DNA of 64,000 nucleotides from Dictyostelium discoideum (Eukaryota): NCBI GenBank assembly GCA_000004695.1, contig CM000154.2, positions 2,560,001 to 2,624,000 of the forward strand, read 5' to 3'. Shown piece by piece: positions 50,884 to 64,000 of this stretch (position 1 is its first letter; each line of letters starts with the position of its first letter). The notes under the pieces were generated by a model. It saw only the letters and a program-made list of their open reading frames with translations, ran no database searches and was not told where the DNA came from. The position numbers and the translations under genes were made by a program.

Positions 50884-51114
50884 ATGAATTGTGATTTAAA
50901 TGTATTGACAATCATTTTCAAAGAGATTGAAAATTATCTAATTCAATTCTTCCTAAATTCAAATCGTATAGAGATGAATGATTTTGAAAGACATCAATGG
51001 TATATTGATAATGTATTAAGTACAAAGTTAGAAAAACCAACCGAGTTAAGATACTTTTATACAATTCTATATAAAGTAAAAACCCAACAAGATATTGACT
51101 ACTCTTGCCAGTAA
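50884..51114 (+). repeat. duplicated internal fragment (~230 bp, ~85% identity) of gene B (cf. 42241-42470), ending in a stop
   Basis: MNCDLNVLTIIFKEIENYLIQFFLNSNRIEMNDFERHQWYIDNVL.. versus gene B MNCDLNILTIIFKEIENYPIKFFLSTSCREMNDFKRHQWYIDNVL.. Confidence 0.7.
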
Positions 51115-51741
51115 ATGGTATCTCTGAAAGAGAAAATGAGAAAATATCTCAACAAGCCAGAGAATTCATGAAATCTATGCTCTGAAGTTGATTGATGCAA
51201 TCCATTGTTATCACAGGTGGTAAATCTGTAACAATCTTTTCAACCATATGGTTTAAATGAAGAATAAATTTTAAACATCGCAATCTATCATTGAATTTGT
51301 TTGGAGAAACCTGATCGTATCCAAGTCACTTCAGTTGTATCAACGTATACCCTGCAAGACATCCATTGTTTGATATCTTTAAAAATCCACCAGAGTTCGG
51401 CTATGGTTGTCCAATATGTAAACTAAAACAAAAAGTTTGTTCCGCCGTTGATTCTGTTAGTCGTTCTGGGTATACCCGTACTCATACTTGTTATTCCATT
51501 CATCAATTATGTAGAACTAGTGATCCACCTTCTCAAGGCTATTGATATTGGTGGTAATTTCCTTTGTTCTAATTATAACAAATTTATTTGTAACAGAAAC
51601 ACAAGCAACAACACCACCACCTATTTCAAGACAAAAAATTTAGGATTCTGATTATAGTCAATCGCCACTTCTACTGCAAATTATCGTGGAGCAATGAGAC
51701 TATTAATTCAATTCAAAAGGATTTATACTTGGTAAATAATG

Positions 51742-51778
<37 letters not shown>

Positions 51779-51779
51779 G

Positions 51780-51825
<46 letters not shown>

Positions 51826-51989
51826 AGCATCAACAACCATTCAACAGGTTTATCAAGTGGTGTTTCATTACAATAATAATTAAATAAATATTGAATATTA
51901 TTGAAAAATAAATAAATATATTTTTTTTTTATAGTTTAATTTTTTTTGAATTTTAATTATTTTGAATTTTTTTATATTAGAAATTCGAT

Positions 51990-52290
51990 GTGTGTATTAA
52001 TCATCCATATCTCTTTAAAGAAGAATGGGATATCAATGAAGATTTAATTAGAAGTAGTGGTAAATTTGATACTATGGATCTAATTCTTACAAAGATGCAA
52101 GCCTCCAAACATCGTGTACTCATTTTCACTCAAATGATAGAGGTTATCAATTTTATGGAAGAGTATTTCTCTCTCAAAGAATGGGGTTATCTTCCTTAAG
52201 ATGGTTCTACTAAACCAGAGGAACGTGCTAATCTCATTGTCGAATGGAATCGTCCAGATTCACCTCATTGGATTTTTGTTTTATCAACTC
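51990..52290 (+). pseudogene. SNF2-family ATPase helicase-C domain fragment with an in-frame stop
   Basis: ..SGKFDTMDLILTKMQASKHRVLIFTQMIEVINFMEEYFSLKEWGYLP*DGSTKPEERANLIVEWNRPDSPHWIFVLST. The conserved YLRLDGST is replaced by YLP-stop-DGST; no upstream ATPase motifs present. Confidence 0.55.
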
Positions 52291-52449
52291 AATAATATAT
52301 TTTTTTTGAGATTCATTGAAAAATTTAAATAAATAGATATAAAAAAAAATTTAAGAAAAAAAATTTAATTTGCGAGTGGATAAAATATTTAATTTTTATT
52401 TTTTTTTTTTTTAAAAATTTGAATTTTAATGATTTTAAAATCGATTTTT

Positions 52450-54759
52450 TTAATTTGATTTATAAATTGGAATTAAAATTGAAGCAGCAAATCCTTGAGA
52501 AAAACTACCTTGATTACAAGTTGGATTACCAACAACATAGCCTGGTTGAACAACTAATGAATTAGTTTTAATTGAAACATAACTACCTTCAAGAGCTTCC
52601 AAATTATTGTCAACTGTGAAATTTGCAACCTTGTTACCGTTAATATCAATTACAGCAATATCGTAATAATGATGACCAAGAGCACCTGAATAGTAATATG
52701 TTGAGGCTAATCCAGCAAAATGAGTTTTAACATTGAAAGTACCAACTCTATCACTTCCATTGGTCATTACGAATTGCATTGGTACTGATGTAAAATTCTT
52801 TACAGTTGGGAAAGATAATTTAAACATTCCACTATATTTACCGACCATATTGTAATAGGTCACAGAGGTAGCTAAATTCCAACCATAGGAAGATGTGAAA
52901 ACTTCTTGTTTTGAAACTCCATTATTCCATAACTTATCGGTTAAAGCTTTTGGAGGATGGGAGTTACAGTTATCGATTTCCGCCATAATATAGGTTCCAG
53001 TACTATCAGTATAAGAGTAATCATCACTTGAAACTGGTGCATAGTAACCAGCTGGTGTAAAGTAAATTTGATAATTAGTTGGTAATAACATTTGAATCAT
53101 TGCAGTTTGGTAAGCTATAGAAGCTATGGTAGAAATTTTTTGAAAGTCTAATCCATTGATATTGAGTGAGGATGGATTATTGGTTGGTAAGAAACATAAT
53201 GCAAAGGTTTTACTCATCATGCCCCAATCTTGTAAAATGGTATTTTTCATACTTTGAGCATTTGCCATTTCATTTTCATAATTTTCATTTAAATGATCAT
53301 AGAGTTTACTTAATGTAACTTGATAGGTTGATGGGCCTGAATCATTACTTTCAGCATCTAATTCACCAAATTCTACTGCTGACTCACCAATGTTTGCAAT
53401 TATTGAACCACCAATTGGTATCTCTGAAATAATTGCATAAAAAACACTGGTAATTGCATCGGTGTAATCTCCATTAACAACTTGGTCAGATGACATATCA
53501 ACATTAATTAAATTTGCCAAGTTTGTTAAATTTGTACTACCTTGACTAAATAATTTACTATAAAAATCGGAATAGTTATCAAATACTAAACGGACATTGA
53601 TTGCGTAGGTGAGTTCATTTTTGATTTGATTTTGAACATTTGAAAAATCTTCAGTTGAATGAATTGATGATGGACAAGTTGCATTGGTGACATTAACATA
53701 GAAAATTTCTAAACTAACATTAATACTTGTATAAAGTGATCTAATGTCATCAGTATAACCATTTGTTGCAATATTACTAAGGTATTGGTATGATGCTAAT
53801 AAATCACCACTTGTGTAAGCTGGAAATGGTTCTGGTACTTCACTAACAATTTGGTTTAATGAATAGGTTGGATTTGCAATCCATTGGAAATTAATATTAC
53901 CAGCACTAGTTGGTTGAGCTAATACACAATTAACAGTTGAATCAACTCCAAGTTCGCCAACGAATCCAATACATAAATTTGGATAATATTGATTGAAAAT
54001 TTGATTATTTTCGTTGATACCCCATTGTTGCATTAGATCATTTGCTTTGTAAACATTGGTATTTAAATAATAGTTTGTTTTACTACCATTAATTGATGGA
54101 CCAATATCTAATACTAAATTACCATCCAAACGTGATAAAATGTGACCATCGTTTGTCATTTGCCAAATTTGACCTATTGATTTTGCTTGAACTTTATTCA
54201 TTACTACACTAGTATTATATGATGTACTATTATTTAATACACTTAGACCCCAATAATTATTATTGGAATCCAATTTTTTGCTTTGAAAGTAACCCCAATT
54301 ACCAGTTGGAATTGGTGCTCTTCTAAAAGTTGTCCATTTTTGAGTTGCGTTTCCATTTAAAGGTGCAACACAAATATTCAAATTGTCGATATCAAGGTAT
54401 TTACCATTACCTTGGTTTTGAATTTTATTATTTGTTGTATCAATTGTCCAAATTTGAGTTTTTGAATTTGAATTAAGTTGTACTAATTCAACAAAATAAC
54501 CACCTGATGAAACATCTAAAACAAAATTACCACTGGATGTAAAGATATGACCATCATCTGAAAGAAGCCATGTTTGAATTGACTCAGATGCTACACATTG
54601 GAATGTATTACTGGTTGATAAATAATATGGTGTAATATTATTTGAACCTTTGAATAAACTTTTTGCTGCGAATGGGTATTTTGTTTTTGAACTTGTACTT
54701 TTTAATTGTTTTTCTTCACTTTGATTTGAAGATTTTGAAATATCTTCAATATTTATCAT
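52450..54759 (-). CDS. secreted ricin-B (beta-trefoil) lectin-domain protein with a large C-terminal beta-rich domain of unknown function
   Basis: 769-aa ORF; repeated QxW motifs (TQIWTI, TQKWTT, GQIWQM, MQQWGI) in the N-terminal ~300 aa. Confidence 0.7.
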
Positions 54760-56285
54760 TTTTTTATTTTTAATTTTTTTATTTTATTTATTTAAATTTT
54801 TTGTTTTAAAAGTTATTTAATTTATTTTTGAGAATGAAAAAAAAAAAAAGTTTTAAAGTATTTATATTTTTTTTTTTAAAGTCTATTATTTTTATTTTAT
54901 TTTTTTAACCCATGGTTTAGATCTTTGTTCAAGTCAACACCAACACAGGTGTCAAAATGGAGTGTTATCTTTCACTCATTGCATTTTTTAGGGTTTGTGT
55001 TTTAATTGGCGAAAGTGTGAATCTTTATAATAAAAAAAAAAAAAAAAAAAAGAAAAAAAAATTTAAAAAACTGTTTATCAAAAAAAATAAAAATTTCTTC
55101 AAAACACCAAAAAATGCCAATCTTAAATTTAAAAAACTGTTTATCAAAAAAAATAAAAATATCTTCAAAACACCAAAAAAAAAAAAAAAAAAAAAATATA
55201 TAATTTTTTTGATAATAGATTTAAAAAAATAAATAATTAAAATAAAATTGAAAATAATTAGAGTATCACAAAGATTTTTTTTTTTTATTTTTTAAATATT
55301 GGTTCATTTGAAAAAGGATTAATACAAATTAAATTTTATTATTTTTTTTTAAAAAAAATTAAATATAAATGATTTACAACACTTTTATATTAGATCTAAA
55401 CTTATGTTTTTTATTATTATTATTATTTTTTAACACTTTTCAATCCTTTTTTTTTTTAATTTCCTTTTTTTTTTTTTCCAAAATTCAAAAATTCAAACCC
55501 TAGGTATTATTATTTGTTATATAATTATTAAAAATATTTTTATAAAATATATATTTTTAATAATTATATAACAAAAAATTAGATTAATTTTAGTTCAAAA
55601 GATGAAGCAACAATACTTCAAAAAGAATTAAATTACCAGATTATTTTTGATTGAAATTTATAAATCCTTTTTTGAAGTGTTTAGTGTTTGGAATATAAAC
55701 AATCAAATAAAGATTTATAATTTGAATATTCAATTATTTGTTAATTTAATTCTTTTTTTGAAATATTGTTGAGTCATCATTTCATCACCTCTACTAAAAA
55801 CAACAACAACAACAATAATAATATATAGTTGTAATAGTTCAACACCTCTATCAGCTACTAAGGTAATCTTTTCGATTCATCTCAACCAACAACACAATCA
55901 ATCATCCAAAAGTCTCCTTCACTGATAAACTTTGTGTACCTGGTTTATGATTAGGCCAAACTACACAACTCACTTCAAATAATCAATAATATTGATACTG
56001 GTGCTAACATGATTCATTAGTAGAATGCAATGTTGTGGGTTTCAATGTTCATCATGGCAGTGGAACTTTACAAACCCATAGAATTTCCTTTTCATTTAAA
56101 TCATTTTTAGAAAAAATATATAAAAAATAAATAATAAATAAAAACTCAACTATTTACTACTAGTTTATTATTGGGGATCATTTTCTTTTCACCATCCAAC
56201 AATTTTTTTTTAAGGATTTATTTTTAATTTTCAATAATTTGATAAGAATATAAATTGGTTTTTATATTCTGATAATTTTATTTTT

Positions 56286-56615
56286 TTATTCTGATTTATA
56301 AATTGGAATTAAAATTGAAGCAAAAAACATTAGAGAATAACTACCTTGATTACAAATTGGATTACCAACAGCATAACCTGGCTGAACAACTAAAGAATCA
56401 GTTTTGGTTGAAACATAACTACCTTCGAGAGCTTCTAAATTAATGTCAACTGTGAAATTTGCAACCTTGTTTTTGTTAATATCAGCTACAGCAATGTCGA
56501 AATAATGATGACCAAGATCTCCACAACTGTAATATGTTGAAAAGAATTTTGCAAAATGAGTTTTGACTGTGAAATTACCAAGATTATCACCATCATTGGT
56601 CATTACAAATTGCAT
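56286..56615 (-). pseudogene. duplicated C-terminal fragment (~110 codons + stop + a few nt of 3' flank) of the ricin-B lectin gene
   Basis: [104 protein letters not shown] versus 52450-52810; ~85% nt identity including ctgatttataaattggaattaaaattgaagca. Confidence 0.7.
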
Positions 56616-56734
56616 TGGTACTCCTGTAAAAATTTTAATTGTTGACTGTGAAATTACCGATTATCAATCATTATCATCATCAAATAATAACGCCGTTCAA
56701 CTACTGATAATGAGTATCTGAAAGAGAACCTGAT

Positions 56735-57527
56735 TTATTTTATTAAAACATTTTTTAAAAAAGATTTTAATTCCAAAGCCAATCTATCATTATTCTGGTG
56801 ATGATAATAGTAATTTAAAATATTATAACAACTATTGTCAATTGCATGTTTTAAATTTGAAATTGATATTGATAATTTCTTTGGAAAATGTTCAAATAAT
56901 AATTCAGTTAAATCAATATATCCTTTTGAAAAACAACAATTAAAAAAATTATTTAAAACTAAATCTTCTTTTTCTTCTTTTCCATCCATAATCATATCTT
57001 CATCAAGTTCAAGTTCTTCTTCTAATCCTTCTTCTTGTTCCTCTTCTTTTTCCCCTTCATTTTTAAATAATTTAAATTTCACATTAAGTTGGTGTCTTTG
57101 TTGGTGTTTTTGTTGTCGATGATGATGATGATGATGTTTTTGATTTGGAAATAATAATAACTTTTTAAAATGATCATTATTTAATAAAAATTTAATAATA
57201 TCAAAATAATTCTTTTCAAAAAATATATATTGAGTTTGAAATGAAGTTATTCTTTCTTTATAATCTAAAACATTTACTGTTATATATTCTAAAATATCCA
57301 ATCTATTGAAAATCATTGCAGATTCGAATATCCAATTTAATTCTGATAATACATTTTCCAATTTAATAATTCTTTCAAATAAATCTAATTTTAATATTCT
57401 AATAAATTCAAATGGTGGTTTATCGATATCATTATTATTATTAAATGTTGATAAATTTATATTATTTTCAAATAATTTAAATATTACATCACTTTTATTT
57501 GATGCTGATAAAAATATAATATCATCA
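56735..57527 (-). CDS. paralog family member C, last exon (boundary +/-2 nt)
   Basis: Acceptor ..aaaaaatag|TGATGATATT; ..DDIIFLSASNKSDVIFKLFENN...HHHHHHRQQKHQQRH...EEQEEGLEEELELDEDMIMDGKEEKEDLVLNNFFNCCFSKGYIDL..LIK*. Confidence 0.55.
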
Positions 57528-57615
57528 CTATTTTTTTTTAAAAAAAAAATAAAAAAAAAAAAGTTAATTAATGGGAGAATAAAAATAAAAATAAAAACAA
57601 TCATAATATACATAC

Positions 57616-60714
<3,099 letters not shown>

Positions 60715-61020
60715 TATATTAATGAATATATATATAAATAAATAATTATAAAAAAAATAAAAAATAAAATAAAAAAAAAAAATGAAAAAATAATTTCTTT
60801 CTTGTCAAAAAGTGAAAAAAAAAATAAAAAAAAAAATTAAAAAAAAAAATAAAATCATGTATTAAAAAAAAAAAAAGTTAAAAAAACAAAAAAATTGATA
60901 AAAACATCTGGTATTTAAAATTTTTTTCTTTTTTTTTTTTTTAAACGATTACTTAATTTTATTTAATATGAAACAAATAGAGCATTCAAAAATGGGGGGA
61001 TTTTTTTTTTGATATATTGA

Positions 61021-61051
<31 letters not shown>

Positions 61052-61151
61052 AATTTATTTTTAGAATTTAATTGTTTATCATTCATTTTTTTTTTTACAT
61101 TTTTCATATAATTTTATGGTATTTAATTTTTTTTTTTTTTAAATTAGCAAA

Positions 61152-61811
61152 TTATTTTTTTTTAAAATTATCAGAAACAATAAATGATTTTAAAGATTTT
61201 GGTAAAAATGATTCATTAATTGTATGAGAATAACGAGGACAATTTAATTCTAAATGTATTAATGATGATGGTAATACATTTTCATTAATTGGACAATTGA
61301 AAGAACTATTAATAGCTATTGAACCAAATATGAGATGTGTAATTGATGATGGTAAACTTCCACTTAATAAAATTTGATTAAATCTATTACCAAATATTAA
61401 AACTTTTATTGAATTTGGTAAAACACCAATTGGTATTTGAATGTTAAAATTATTACCAAATTCTAAATGTACTAAATTTAAAGGAAAACAATTAATTAAT
61501 AATTTTTGATTAAAAAATGGAGAAAATATTAATTTCTCTAAAGTAATAGGTAATGAGTTTGCAGAGACTGGTTTATTATAAACTTCACTAAAATTTAAAT
61601 ATTTTAATGAATTTGGTAATGAATTATTTGTGAATTCAGTACTACCAATTGGTGATTGAATTTGTTGATTGAAATAACCCAAATTTAAATATTTTAAATT
61701 TTTTGGGAAGAAACCTTCTTTAATAGTTTTATTAAAACCATGTTTATTTATTGAATTTAATGATAAAGATTTTAAACTATTCGGTAGTAATCCAACTTCA
61801 GGATTATCCAA
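61152..61811 (-). CDS. FNIP-repeat protein (short; an in-frame TGA ~20 nt upstream of the listed ORF separates it from further FNIP-like sequence to ~61930)
   Basis: Repeated LPNSLK.L.FG..FNQ.I..G.LP.S motif (LPNSLKYLNFSEVYNKPV.., LPNSIKVLIFGNRFNQILLSGSLPSSITHLIFG); upstream frame MLPKSLKSLNIRVFVESFKFLKGSLPDGLAELK*IDRGLDNPEV. Confidence 0.55.
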   Translation of the reverse strand: MDNPEVGLLPNSLKSLSLNSINKHGFNKTIKEGFFPKNLKYLNLGYFNQQIQSPIGSTEFTNNSLPNSLKYLNFSEVYNKPVSANSLPITLEKLIFSPFFNQKLLINCFPLNLVHLEFGNNFNIQIPIGVLPNSIKVLIFGNRFNQILLSGSLPSSITHLIFGSIAINSSFNCPINENVLPSSLIHLELNCPRYSHTINESFLPKSLKSFIVSDNFKKK

Positions 61812-62236
61812 ACCTCTATCAATTCATTTTAATTCTGCCAATCCATCAGGTAATGAACCTTTTAAAAATTTAAATGATTCAACAAATACTCTAATATTTA
61901 AAGATTTTAAAGATTTTGGTAACATATGTTCATATATTGGATGTAACAAGTCCACATCAATATCTAATTTCTTTACAGAATTTGAAAGCTTTCAAAAAAA
62001 TATTATTTTTTTTTTTTAGAGAAAAAAATAGAAAAAAATATGGAAATAATTATTTTAATTGTCGGCACTTGGCCCAGTTGTTTGGATTCTTTTTTTTTTT
62101 TATCAAAAAGTGGACCCAACCCACCAATATTTTATAAATAAAATTTAGAAAAAGGAGGAACTGAGATTGATTTAATTTTTTTTTTTTTTTTGAAAGATTT
62201 AAATTATTTATTTTTTTTTTTTTTTTTCATCGATTA

Positions 62237-62269
<33 letters not shown>

Positions 62270-62647
62270 TTAACAAATATGTTCCCATAAAATAGATAAA
62301 ACTGGTTGAGTTGGTGCAAGAGTTTCATAATCATTTGATTCATTTGGTGGAAGTGGTGTAGATTGATAGACACCATAAATTTTGAATTTTTCTAATTTAC
62401 CCAATTCATAATTACGTTCATAGATATTAAATCTACGACATTGATATCTTCCAAATTCTAAACGAAGACTATCTAAATAACCAACTGCTAAAAAGAAATT
62501 TCTTTTTCTTTGTCCAATTTTGAATAAATAATCTGGTACATCCTTATAATCTGTTTTCTCTAATGTAAATAAATCAATTCCTTTTTTTATTGAAAATTCT
62601 GCATCTGTAATAATCCATGCTGAATAATCTGGTGGTGATGGTGCAAA
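62270..62647 (-). CDS. HTTM-domain protein (lipase-maturation-factor-like), last exon
   Basis: Acceptor ..aataaaag|GTTTGCACC; (M)FAPSPPDYSAWIITDAEFSIKKGIDLFTLEKTDYKDVPDYLFKIGQRKRNFFLAVGYLDSLRLEFGRYQCRRFNIYERNYELG...LSILWEHIC*. Confidence 0.6.
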   Translation of the reverse strand, partial: FAPSPPDYSAWIITDAEFSIKKGIDLFTLEKTDYKDVPDYLFKIGQRKRNFFLAVGYLDSLRLEFGRYQCRRFNIYERNYELGKLEKFKIYGVYQSTPLPPNESNDYETLAPTQPVLSILWEHIC

Positions 62648-62736
62648 CCTTTTATTAATAAATAAATGAAAAAAAAAAAATTAATAATTAATAATTTTAA
62701 TTTTAATTTTTTTTAAAAAAAAATAAAAAAACATAC

Positions 62737-63602
62737 ATTGCCCAATATTGATCAATTTTAACTAATTTTATTAGTGGTTGAAAAGGTGGTTCCCAAATAT
62801 TAGTATTTCTACCACTATCCATCATTAAAGTATAAATACAAACGTTATAATAAAACATATATGTTGCAACTAAAATGAAAAATAAATTTCTTAAATGTTG
62901 TCTATATTTAAATTTGGTTGGTTTTGGTGTATTATTACAATTATTATTATTATTATTACTATTACTATTTAATTTATAACTTGGTAATTTTAATTTTTCA
63001 TATTTATTATTTTGATTATTATTATTAAAGTTAATAATAAAAGAAAATAATAATTTATATAATTTATCAGAAATTAATTTTGAAAAAAGTTTGAAAACAA
63101 TTGAATGTTGAAATAAGAATTTAATTGATTTCTCTTCATCATAAATTTGACCTTTAAAATAAATTGAAACACTATCAACATAAAACATTGAATGACTATC
63201 CATAATTTCCAATTCCTCTTGTTCATCATCCCCTTTTTGATTACCATTGCCACTACCACCTAAATTATTATTTGATTTAATTTTATAATTTTGACCAACC
63301 AAGAAAAATGTTGAATAAATTTTTAAAAATAGTTGTAGTGATTGTGAAGTATTTGAATTATAATTAATTGTAATTAAATCTTTCTTTTCAATATAACTAT
63401 ATCTAATGAATGTCCAAACATCACTTGGTAAGAATGCCATACAAACAACCATTGGTATGAAAACGAATAAATATAAATTTAAACATACTCCAAAACCAAT
63501 ATGCATTCCAATAAATCCCAATATTGATATAATTCTACAAGCTGTATTATAAAATGGTGATATTAATAATAATGGTCCAACATATTCAAATATTAATGTA
63601 CC
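62737..63602 (-). CDS. HTTM-domain protein (lipase-maturation-factor-like), internal exon
   Basis: ataatag|GGTACATTA ... GCAAT|gtatgt; GTLIFEYVGPLLLISPFYNTACRIISILGFIGMHIGFGVCLNLYLFVFIPMVVCMAFLPSDVW...IWEPPFQPLIKLVKIDQYWA. Confidence 0.6.
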
Positions 63603-63696
63603 CTATTATCAAAATAATAATATTTTTATATTAGTTGATTTTATAATTTTTATTAATAATAAAAAACAATAGAAAAATAATAATAATAATAATTAC

Positions 63697-64000
63697 TCTT
63701 GTTAAAAATATTAAAAATCTTGGAAATTGTAAAAAGAATTCAGCTAAACCATGTCTAAATTGAAGTAAATTTAAAGCATAATAAACTGCTGTATAATCTA
63801 CATGCCATGTATCTGCACTTTTAAATAATGCAGTAAAAATATAAATATTCATAAATTGTAATATGAATGCTATACCAGAACCTGAAATAAATGTATAGTA
63901 ATTTTTAATTTTATTTGAAATATTATCACCAATATTACTATTACTATTATTATTATTATTTTGAAGTTGTTGTTCTTTTAAAATTGAATCAATTGAAAAA
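63697..64000 (-). CDS. HTTM-domain protein (lipase-maturation-factor-like), upstream exon; 5' part lies beyond the window end
   Basis: ..GSGIAFILQFMNIYIFTALFKSADTWHVDYTAVYYALNLLQFRHGLAEFFLQFPRFLIFLTR|gtaatt; the HTTM signature region. Confidence 0.55.

Noticed and set aside
54957-55232. Lys-rich 91-aa ORF
   Set aside because: Poly-A run translation, with an internal 60-bp direct repeat (..ttcaaaacaccaaaaaa..); not coding.

Overview
The window is 64 kb of extremely AT-rich nuclear DNA with the hallmarks of Dictyostelium discoideum. It has (AAT)n/(CAA)n tracts encoding poly-Asn, poly-Gln and poly-Thr, short GTAAGT...AG introns, long homopolymer intergenic runs, and five 100-N assembly gaps. 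Coordinates of small exons are approximate (a few nt).

The left half (about 1-33 kb) is ordinary, intact housekeeping-type genes:
- a NEK-family Ser/Thr kinase;
- a flavin amine oxidase;
- GINS Psf1;
- an ankyrin-repeat protein;
- a 7-TM protein;
- a secreted multi-exon hydrolase-like protein;
- an M3 mitochondrial-intermediate-peptidase-like gene;
- a mitochondrial phosphate carrier;
- a glutamine synthetase.

About 25.36-26.11 kb holds three box C/D snoRNA-like genes; two more lie at about 39.9-40.3 kb.

A tRNA-Arg(UCU) gene at 33.62-33.70 kb has a downstream external B box. About 48 bp upstream of it sit tandem TRE5-A (DRE) non-LTR retrotransposon copies (33.73-38.24 kb).

The right half contains three paralogous large low-complexity genes that share an N-terminal LFWKV motif (12.0-14.9, 40.7-44.6, 56.7-60.7 kb). 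It also has a ricin-B lectin gene with a fragmentary duplicate, a FNIP-repeat gene and an HTTM/LMF-like gene.

The most unusual part is about 44.7-52.3 kb. It is a patchwork of disrupted or fragmentary genes:
- a SET/MYND gene with frame breaks;
- a YqaJ-like exonuclease fragment;
- a deoxynucleoside-kinase C-terminal fragment;
- a GIY-YIG nuclease domain fused to a Gly/Ala-rich LEA-like repeat tail, with atypically GC-rich codon usage and two frame breaks;
- an SNF2 helicase fragment with an in-frame stop;
- two duplicated pieces of the local 40.7 kb gene.

I interpret this as decaying acquired (viral/mobile or horizontally transferred) DNA mixed with segmental-duplication debris. Homopolymer sequencing errors cannot be excluded.
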